From: Candidatus Yonathbacteria bacterium
Lineage (GTDB): Bacteria > Patescibacteriota > Minisyncoccia > Phycocordibacterales > JACNGX01
DNA: 64,000 bases
NCBI GenBank assembly: GCA_013334825.1
Contig: JAAXWR010000003.1
Location: 37,167 to 101,166, forward strand
Direction of reading: 5' to 3'
Part shown: one piece after another, positions 1 through 8,800 of the stretch
Layout of the letters: the number at the start of each line of letters is the position of its first letter
Position numbering within the stretch: position 1 is the first letter of the stretch
The notes under the pieces: generated by a model
Databases searched by the model: none
Seen by the model: the letters and a program-made list of their open reading frames with translations, nothing else
What the model was told of the DNA's origin: nothing
Translations under genes and position numbers: made by a program

Positions 1-422
1 CACCCGAATCACTTGAAGCAGCATATAGTGCATACCCACAGGCACGCAAAATCTGTGTGCTCGGTTCGACCGGAGGTGGACGCGATACATGGAAACGTCC
101 TCGTATGGGTGAGATTGCTGACAAACACTGTGCACATATTATCCTCACCGATGAAGACCCGTATGACGAAAATCCTGATACGATTGTCGCTGACGTACGC
201 ACTGGTATAACACACGTCCCGTGCGAAATCATCATGAATCGTCGTGCTGCCATCGCCCATGCATGTAAACTCGCGCAACAAGGAGACGTGGTGTATATTA
301 CAGGGAAAGGTACGGACCCGTACATCATGGGGAAAAACGGTACAAAAACTCCATGGGACGATGCGTCTATCGCTCGTGAAGAACTTTCTCATATCCTAAC
401 CAATTCCCAACATACCCTATGA
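1..422 (+). CDS. murE: UDP-N-acetylmuramoyl-L-alanyl-D-glutamate--2,6-diaminopimelate ligase, C-terminal part (5' end outside window)
   Basis: Translation GSTGGGRDTWKRPRMGEIA...ILTDEDPYDENP...VVYITGKGTDPY matches the Mur ligase C-terminal domain, MurE pattern (GGDRD..KR..MG, DNPR-like, AGKGHE-like); the ORF runs off the window start. Confidence 0.75.
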   Translation, partial: PESLEAAYSAYPQARKICVLGSTGGGRDTWKRPRMGEIADKHCAHIILTDEDPYDENPDTIVADVRTGITHVPCEIIMNRRAAIAHACKLAQQGDVVYITGKGTDPYIMGKNGTKTPWDDASIAREELSHILTNSQHTL

Positions 423-466
423 GTATTCCCCATACGCATACATTTCTACGAACAACTGGCGGTGGC

Positions 467-1318
467 ATGCTTTTAGATGTGCTCATTGTTATCGCTGTTG
501 TTATCGCACTCTGGTTCGCATGGGTCGCAGTAGGAGGTCCTGCTCAATTCGCAGCTTCTCCCGAAGGACTGTTTCTCGATGCACCAACATCTGAAACATC
601 GACCAACAACACTGGAGAAGACGCCTTCCAAAATAATTTTTGGCATACAGAAAAACAAACATCGACTCAATCTCCCCTTGCTGCATATGTCACCATGCGT
701 GTAAATGCCCCTGGTGGAATTGCAGATGCTGAATATGTTGAAATTGCTCTTTCCTCTTCGTCTCCCACATCAATGACATTGACTGGGTGGACAATCACTT
801 CGTCATCACTTCACAAAACATTTACTATTGGAAATGGAATTTCTGTCCTTCACCAAGGTATCTCAGGAGCTCCAGAAAACATTGTCCTTGAGCCCGGCAT
901 GCATGCATATATTATCTCAGGACGTTCTCCTGTCGGTGCTTCATTTCGGACAAATATCTGCTCAGGATTTCTTTCTGCATATCAAACATTCACCCCGCCA
1001 CTTGACATGTCATGTCCCCCAGCACAAGCACTCATTGGGAGAAATGCCAGTCCTGATACTGCGTGCATTTCCACAATCGAGTCCCTTCCACGGTGCTCTG
1101 CTACTCCTCGAAACACAACCGTATCCGCATCATGTCTTGCGACAATCAAAGAGCGTGTCTCGTACAACACCTGTGTCTCAATGTTTGAAAAACGCCCAGA
1201 TTTCTCTGGACCACTATGGTATATCTATGCCGGTTCTCTTTCTTCGTTCTGGTGGTCATCTGATATACTCACACTCTCTGACGACACTGGACAAACCGTT
1301 GCATCACTCTCTTTCTAA
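467..1318 (+). CDS. membrane-anchored lamin-tail-domain (LTD) protein, hypothetical
   Basis: N-terminal TM helix (LLDVLIVIAVVIALWFAWVAV); LTD-like motifs AEYVEIALSS...LTGWTITS and C-terminal ILTLSDDTGQTVASLSF; alternative start at 419. Confidence 0.5.
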   Translation: MLLDVLIVIAVVIALWFAWVAVGGPAQFAASPEGLFLDAPTSETSTNNTGEDAFQNNFWHTEKQTSTQSPLAAYVTMRVNAPGGIADAEYVEIALSSSSPTSMTLTGWTITSSSLHKTFTIGNGISVLHQGISGAPENIVLEPGMHAYIISGRSPVGASFRTNICSGFLSAYQTFTPPLDMSCPPAQALIGRNASPDTACISTIESLPRCSATPRNTTVSASCLATIKERVSYNTCVSMFEKRPDFSGPLWYIYAGSLSSFWWSSDILTLSDDTGQTVASLSF

Positions 1319-1830
1319 GAGTGTTCGAATATTTGGTCTGCGACAGCATACAGTGCAATCCCCGCAGCAACAGACACATTGAGTGATTCTTTACTTCCTC
1401 GCATAGGAATTTCAATCAATATATCGCACAGTGACTTTGCCGAAGACGACAATCCTCGTACCTCATTCCCCATAATAAGACATGCTTTGGACGCTTGAGG
1501 TATCGCTCGATACGATACTGCACAAGAATCTTGCTCCACGCCAACAATCGTCCATCCATCTTTTTTGAGACGAGAAACAAGAGTGGTCAAACCAGAAACA
1601 CGTTCCCACTGTACATGATTTTCCGCACCAAGTGCGGTCTTTTGAAAATCCTTACGCAATCGGTCAAAACGATCGTGCGGTCCGGGAGTATATCCAGAAA
1701 GATACACTGTCGAAGCCCCTGCACCATCTGCGGTGCGAAATACCGACCCAACATTGTGTATACTTCGTATATTGTGTAATACAATAGCTAGGTCTTTTCC
1801 TTCTTCTCTCAACATAGTACACTTAATCAT
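1315..1830 (-). CDS. SpoU/TrmH-family RNA 2'-O-methyltransferase
   Basis: SPOUT motifs NVGSVFRTADGAG, GNEVRGLS, SLNVSVAAGIALY. Confidence 0.8.
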   Translation of the reverse strand: MIKCTMLREEGKDLAIVLHNIRSIHNVGSVFRTADGAGASTVYLSGYTPGPHDRFDRLRKDFQKTALGAENHVQWERVSGLTTLVSRLKKDGWTIVGVEQDSCAVSYRAIPQASKACLIMGNEVRGLSSSAKSLCDILIEIPMRGSKESLNVSVAAGIALYAVADQIFEHS

Positions 1831-1865
1831 ACGTTCCTTTATCTAAAAAGCAAGGAATATCTCTT

Positions 1866-2276
1866 ATGACAATACTTTCTTTTTTTCCTTTCCTATTTTC
1901 TTTTTCATTATTTGCACCACTTCTATTACGTGTTGCAACTGGTATTGTGTTTTTTCGTCTTGGGTGCACCGCGGTACGTGCCAAACGTACAGAACTACAC
2001 ACTCTTCTTATCCCTTACACAAAAACATATACGCGAACAAGTATCTTGATTATCGGAACACTTGAATGTATTGGCGGAACACTTCTCTTTTTTGGTCTCT
2101 TTACTCAGTTAGCAGCGCTCATCCTTCTTATTATTACTCTCGGGGGGTTATTCATGAAATACCGTTTTCCTGACTTACTTCCTCACCAATTATCGTTTCT
2201 TTCACTTCTTGTTGTTGTCCTTCTGTCTCTTCTCCTTTCGGGACCTGGGGCATTCGCGATTGACCTACCTCTTTAA
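1866..2276 (+). CDS. DoxX-like small membrane protein
   Basis: About 4 predicted TM helices; LLRVATGIVFFRLG resembles the DoxX N-terminal motif. Confidence 0.4.
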   Translation: MTILSFFPFLFSFSLFAPLLLRVATGIVFFRLGCTAVRAKRTELHTLLIPYTKTYTRTSILIIGTLECIGGTLLFFGLFTQLAALILLIITLGGLFMKYRFPDLLPHQLSFLSLLVVVLLSLLLSGPGAFAIDLPL

Positions 2277-2324
2277 TTTTGGTATCGTATTCGTTGCGGC
2301 GCATGAAGCGTCGCATTTCCCCAT

Positions 2325-2397
2325 CCGCCCGTAGCTCAGTTGGTAGAGCAGTGGCCTTTTAAGCCAACGGTCGAAGGTTCGAGCCCTTCCGGGCGGA
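2325..2397 (+). tRNA. tRNA-Lys (anticodon UUU)
   Basis: Cloverleaf by eye: acceptor CCGCCCG/CGGGCGG (C1-G72); D-arm GCTCAGTTGGTAGAGC; anticodon stem GTGGC/GCCAA with loop CTTTTAA (anticodon TTT); T-arm GAAGG-TTCGAGC-CCTTC; discriminator A; no CCA encoded. Near-colinear with E. coli tRNA-Lys. Confidence 0.8.
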
Positions 2398-2402
2398 CAA
2401 GA

Positions 2403-2425
2403 AAACACCCCCTTGTGGGGTGTTT
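2403..2425 (+). terminator. intrinsic terminator hairpin after tRNA-Lys
   Basis: AAAACACCCCC-ttgt-GGGGTGTTTT hairpin followed by T-run. Confidence 0.6.
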
Positions 2426-2429
2426 TCGC

Positions 2430-2800
2430 GTCCGCCCGGAGCAAGCCAACTGCTTGGCTTGCGTAAGGGCTCGAACGGCGGAGCATGTCTGAGCGACTTG
2501 TCGCGAAGACAGCGAGCCACGTCCCGCGGTACTTATCAGAATGCGAGCATTGGCGAAGCATTATGATTAGTAACCGCGGAACGAGCCCTTCCGGGCGAAC
2601 CCAGCTCCACTTTCATAACAGACGCATGTATATCACATGCGTCTGTTATGTTATTGAGGTATATTTCATACATTCACATTGTATATGAAAGTGGGGCTGG
2701 GTTGCCTGGCGCGAAGCAAGCAGTTGCTTCGCGCCTGTCTGCCGTTAGGCAGATAAGGACTTGAACAACAACAAACAGACGCCACCTCTACAATACTGGA
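2430..2800. repeat. highly structured non-coding region with duplicated tRNA-Lys 3'-end segments and nested palindromes
   Basis: Direct copy of tRNA 3' end GAGCCCTTCCGGGCG (2381-2396) at 2583-2597. Inverted copy CGCCCGGA[26-nt hairpin]AGGGCTC at about 2437-2478. Perfect palindromes GCAAGCCAACTGCTTGGCTTGC, CATAACAGACGCATGT-atatc-ACATGCGTCTGTTATG (about 2620-2657), CCACTTTCATA...TATGAAAGTGG, GCGCGAAGCAAGCAGTTGCTTCGCGC (about 2710-2735). Confidence 0.6.
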
Positions 2801-2818
2801 ATAATGTCCTCTTGTTGT

Positions 2819-5800
2819 TTATATAGACTCTAAAACTGGAACCTCTCCTTGGACAGGTTGCTCAGCGGGTACAGAGATTTCCGGATTCGCCGGTACCTCC
2901 ACCACCACATCAGGGACAATAGAAACTTCCTGCGTTGCATCAAGAATAGGAAGAACATCTTGTGTTGGAGCAACTGTCTCGGTTACAGGAGGAAGTTGCT
3001 CCACCGCCGGAGCATCTGTTGTTCCCCCATTTCCCGTATTCATCCCCCGTTGTTCCAACAAAGTGCGTAGTTGTTCTTTTGTGACACAGACATCCTCAAG
3101 ACACAATTCTTTTGTCTCAACACGTTCAGATTTAAACACCTTCGCTGTTATTGAGGCAATACCATTTCCTGCGTCAGATAGCCACGTGTTTATACGTTCC
3201 AAAAGACGTCCAATAAGTGTTTTTCCTTCCTCTTTTACAACTGGTTCGTCAACAAAATTATTAAAACGCTCATTTATTGCCTGAAAGCCAAGCACCATAT
3301 AGCCAAGTGTATTCGTTGGATTTGTCATCGACCCGTTATATTGTGTCGCCCAAGGAGACTCATCTCCCATCACACCCATATATTCTGTGATAGTATCACC
3401 TGTGCCCATCCCCTCTTTATAATGAAAACGATAAATGTTTGTGGACAAGAGTGTTTCTAACGCTTCTTGCGGATCCTCTATGAGTTCTTCAATATGTTTA
3501 ATATCACGTCCTGCATCGGCTGTATTTCCTCCCCACCAAACAGATTGGACCATAACCATAATTTTTCCTACTTCTCCAGATTCTCCATCATAGGCATCAA
3601 GTGCACGTCCAATAACCTGTCCAGGTCCAATTGCTTTCATCGCAACGCCCGCTTGAGAGGATGACGTTATATAATCACCTCTTCGAATTGGACCGTTTTC
3701 CAAGGAAACTTTTGTGGGAACATGCCCAAGAAGCCCAACATTAACATATTGTTCTGGTGAGTCATATTTTGTTCCTTCTTCATTATCGTTCCAACGAGAC
3801 CCTGTTTCTGAAACAACACCTATAACAAAAGCATCACTTGAGGCATCACAACGCTTTACCGCATCATCACGCTCAGAACTTAAACAAACAACCTCACCAA
3901 AATCAAAGGGTTCACCTTCTTCATTATCAAAAAACTCTGAAAGATCACCTGCCCCATCATTCCATATAAAATATCGATTTCCATTCGATTGATAGTAAAT
4001 ACGATTTGAAGCTGAAACACGCGCAATCCCAAACTCTCCATCATTGGAAAAAGCCGGTGCAGAAGTCCCATAGGACGTTCGCATAACATAATTTCCCCCC
4101 GTGGAAATTGTTCCATTAACAGTAACCGCATCAGAAAAAGTGAACCCGGACGACGTGCCAGTCGCATCCAGCGTCACCATTCCTCCTGAAGAAACAACCA
4201 TTGAAAGATAATTTGAGGCATCATAGCCAAGACGAAACTGCTCAGTCGTTCCAAGCACATGAAGAAATGCTGAGGGACTCGTCGTCCCGATCCCCACATT
4301 CCCCGACGAATCAATCACAAGGCGGTCGTTCGTGCCGAGAGCAGAGCCACCGGAAATCTTGAACTTGTCGGAATCAGAATCATCGACACCCATCGTGAAG
4401 ATATTGGTCGTTCCGTCGACGAGCTGGAATCCGATCTGAGGATCATAATTTCCGGCATTGGTGTTCCCGATGGAGAGTTGGGTGTTGGAAGCGGTGGCAG
4501 AGAGGATATCGAGAACGGAATCGGGTGTCATATCGCCAAGGCCGAGATAATTATTGGTCGCATCCCAGAAGAACCCGTCGGCATCGTAGGTGAGAGCCGA
4601 GGAGGAAGACCAGTACGGGATATGTCCTGCAGCGCCAGTGCCGGTCGGATAGGAAGCGGTATCCCACGAAAGGGTGCCCCCACTATTGCGAAGGACACCA
4701 TTTGCACTTGTGGTCGGGAGGGTGTAGGTGATATTTGCAGACTGGGCACCGGCCTGGAAGATGGTGGCATAGGAGCCGCTTTGGATGCCGAAGGTGCCGG
4801 CGATGCGGGCATCGCCTCCCGATGGAGTGATGACCAAGTCACCTCCCGAGTTCGTCTGGAAGTCGGTATAGACCGAGCCGCCGGTGTAGGTGAGACGGAG
4901 TTGAGGGTTCGTGGCATCGAGGACGTCGAGACGACGGTCGGGGGCGATGGTGCCGATACCGACATTGCCTTTGAGTACCGTCGTAACGATAGAGTCATTC
5001 CCCAAGACCACCGTATTGCTCCCCAAGCCGATAGCCGAAGCCCCAATAACAATCTCATTGCTTCCCCCTGCCACCGAAGCACGAGTGTCATAGCCGAGGA
5101 AGAGGGAGTTGTTGGAGGTTTGGTTAGCAGTGGAGCCATTGGCGAGGTAGCGACCTGCGTTCGCCCCTATCGCGGAGTTCTGATACCCTGTCGTGTTGGA
5201 GCGGAGGGCTTCCCTCCCTATCGCGGAGTTGTTATACCCTGTGGTATTGTTTTGGAGAGCGTACGACCCTATCGCGGAGTTCTGAAACCCCGTCGTGTTG
5301 GAAGTCAAAGCACTCTGTCCGATACCTGTATTGTACGAAGCGTGAGCCGTCAGTGTCGCCGTAGACCCCATACTGAAGTTCCCTGCATTGATACCGATGA
5401 AGGTATTTCCCCCTTCCGTCGTAATCCCACCGCCATTCAAGCCATAATTGAAGTTATGGATGAAGCGGTCAGAGCCTTTGTAGATAATGCCGTATTCAGA
5501 TGCATGAGTGGTGTTGTCAATCCGAACATTGCCCGAAGCGATGTCTAGTTTCTGTGCAGGCGAAGTGGTGCCGATACCGACATTGCCACCACCTTTCATC
5601 AACAATAGATTGCTATATCCACTAGCAACATTTGCAACTTCAAAGGAACTTAACCAACCAGTGCCGGTGCTAAAATAATATCCACCTAATTTATTAGTTC
5701 CGGGAGAGGCTGCTCCGGAAATAAGAGAATATCCACCATTACTTGAACCTCCATAAACTCCAGCTGGAATATCTCCACTTCCAGCATAATCACCTGTGAA

Positions 5801-8800
5801 TTGAAGTTTGTTTGAGCTTCCAACTGTCACTTGCGCACCGCTTGCTGAAGCAAGAATACTTCCGCTTACCTCCAATTTTGCATTTGGACCTGTCGTCCCG
5901 ATCCCCACCTTTCCATCGGCAAGCACCGTAACTCTATCCGCTCCCGCCGTCTGCAAGCGCAACACATCATCTGAAGCCTCATAGAAGCCCGTGTCCCCGT
6001 CGCCGAAAGCAAGCCCCGTGGAAAGAGCCCCCGTCCCGCCGTTTAGGTGGAGTTTCGCAAGGGGAGAGTCTACCCCCACCCCCACATTCCCCCGCAAAGC
6101 CGTCGTCGTGATACTGCTATTCCCCAAGACCACGCTATTGCTCCCCAAGCCGATAGCCGAAGCCCCGATAACAATCTCATTACTCCCCCCTGCCGCCAAA
6201 GCACGGGTTTCGTTTCCGAAGAAGAGAGAGTTGTTGGAGGTTTCGTTGCTAGAGACATCGGCGAGATAGCGACCTGCATATCGTCCAACCGCCACGTTAT
6301 TACTACCAGTCGTATTATTATAGAGTGAGCCATGACCGATAGCGACGTTTGCAGAACCAGTAGTGTTGCTATTTAAAGACCTAGACCCAAATGCTAAGTT
6401 TAAGTTTCCAGTCGTATTACTTGGAAGCGCAGAGTTCCCAACTGCAGTATTGTATGAAGCTTGAGAAGCCGATGTCGCCGTACTTCCCATTGTAAAGTTC
6501 CCCGCATTGATACCGATAAAGGTGTTATACCCTTCCGTCGTCACCCCACCACCATTCAACCCATAATTGAAGTTATGGATGAAGCGGTCAGAGCCTTTGT
6601 AGATAATGCCGTATTCAGATGCATGAGTGGTGTTGTCAATCCGAACATTGCCCGAAGCGATGTCGAGTTTTTGTGCAGGCGAAGTGGTGCCGATGCCGAC
6701 ATTGCCTTTGAGTACCGTCGTAACGATAGAGTCATTCCCCAAGACCACGCTATTGCTCCCCAAGCCGATAGCATTTGCCCCAATCACAATCTCATTACTC
6801 CCCCCTGCCACCAAAGCGCGGGTGTCATTGCCGAGGAAGACGGAGTTATTGGAGGCTTGGTTAGCAGTGGAGCCATCGGCGAGGTAGCGACCCGCTTGAT
6901 ACCCTAATCCAAAGTTATTCGACCCTGACGTGTTAGCGAAGAGTGCGTACGCACCTATCGCGGAGTTTCGATACCCAGTCCCATTGGAATAGAGGGCGTA
7001 CGCACCTATCGCGGAGTTGTAAAATCCTGTCGCGTTAGCAGCCAAAGCACTCTGTCCGATACCTGTATTGTATGAGGCGTGAGACGTCAGTGTCGCCGTA
7101 GACCCCATACTGAAGTTCCCCGCATTGATACCGATAAAGGTGTTATACCCTTCCGTCGTCACCCCACCACCATTCAACCCATAATTGAAGTTATGGATGA
7201 AGCGGTCAGAGCCTTTGTAGATGATGCCGTATTCAGATGCATGAGTGGTGTTGTCAATCCGAACATTGCCCGAAGCGATGTCGAGTTTTTGCAGTGGGTT
7301 GGTGGTGCCGATGCCGACGTTGCCTGAAGTATCCAACGCTAACAAAGTCGAAGCGCTATTCCAGTCATTGCCCACACGAAAATGTATCGGCGTAGGAGTT
7401 CCTGTTCCAGTCCTATCAGATGCAATAACATGAGATCCATCTGCCGTCCCAACCGCAATGAGTCTGTTCGCATTAGATGCTTTCGCAAGAAACTCAAATG
7501 AATATCCTATACCAGTCGTTCTATTGGAAGTTAGCTTAAATGTCGGATATGTTGCAGCTTGTGGCTGAATACTAAAATTATTACCATTAGGTCTCACGGT
7601 CAAATCTCCACCAGAACCAACGGTAAATTTAACATTATTTGTGGCATCATATCCCAATCTTAATTGCTCACTAGAAGATATTGCCTCCAACATTGCTCCA
7701 GGACTCGTCGTCCCAATCCCCACCTTGCCGTCAGTAAGCACCGTCACCCTATCTGCCCCCGCGGTTTGAAGTCGTAACACGTCATCGCTAGACTCATAAA
7801 ACCCAGTGTCCCCGTCGCCGAAAGCAAGTCCTCCTCCTGTAAGTGCGTACGAATTACCCGCGATAGTAAGAGCTCCCCGCAACCATGCGTCACCCGTTTC
7901 TTTTATTGAAAAACGTGGAGTGCCCGCGACACCAATACCTAAAAGATACGAATTCGCCAGAGGGGCTGTTGGGTTGACCAATAACGAAGCTTTCCCGTAT
8001 GTCGTATCTATTGGTTCAAAATTAAATATCGCTTGTCCCGCGGTAGAAATAGTATCCACAACCATATTTGTCGCATAAACATTGTTGAAACGTTTTGACA
8101 GGGAACCAATATCTGAAGCCACATCAGTTTCTGGATACAAATTTCTTCCCACGACAATATTACCAAGAGCTTCGATGCCATTCTCTACAAAAAGAGAGTG
8201 CTCTTGTGCTAATGGAGTAAGGAGTGTAAGAGGTGTAGCGGATGATGATCCTACCGTCGTAAGCCCTATCGTATCAAACCCAATACGCGCAAATCCACTT
8301 ACTGTCGCCGTATCGACACCTGTCTCACCAGCAGTAACGGAGAAGTTTCCAGTGGATGTAATATCAGAAAATTCGGCGTTGGGAATAATAATTAAAGACG
8401 GCGTTACTGTCATGGACGTCGTATCATCATATACTGTCATTGAATTCCTCACATGTATACCTGATACCACATCAAGTGCCCCCGAGATATAAACATCGCC
8501 TGTTCCATCAATGCCTCGCGTCGAAACACCAGGGCCAACAGAAAGCAACCCTGTCGTAGTATCAATCGTAAGCACATCCGCAAGAGATACGTCTCCCGTA
8601 ACAGATAAGTCTCCTGTAAAAGAAGCTGCCCCTTCCACGGAAACATCTCCCGAAAATGAACCCACCGTACCAGTGATTGACCCTTCAAACGTAGACGCTA
8701 TGATATTCGCACGCGAAATATCTACTCCAGAAAGTTTATCCACGCGCTGAGTAAGTGCAATGGTGCGGAAATTGTCTCCTGTCACCGTGGAAACCTTCGC

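Noticed and set aside
2265-2561. 98-aa minus-strand ORF overlapping tRNA-Lys
   Set aside because: Overlaps a well-formed tRNA and the terminator/palindrome region; no coding signal
4478-7433. Long plus-strand ORFs (for example 4478..5548, 356 aa; 6461..6907; 7079..7327) antisense to the giant gene
   Set aside because: They lie inside the repeat-rich giant CDS, are themselves repeated because the DNA is repeated, have Arg/Pro/Gly-skewed composition typical of antisense translation of Thr/Ser/Gly-rich genes, and no start or RBS context
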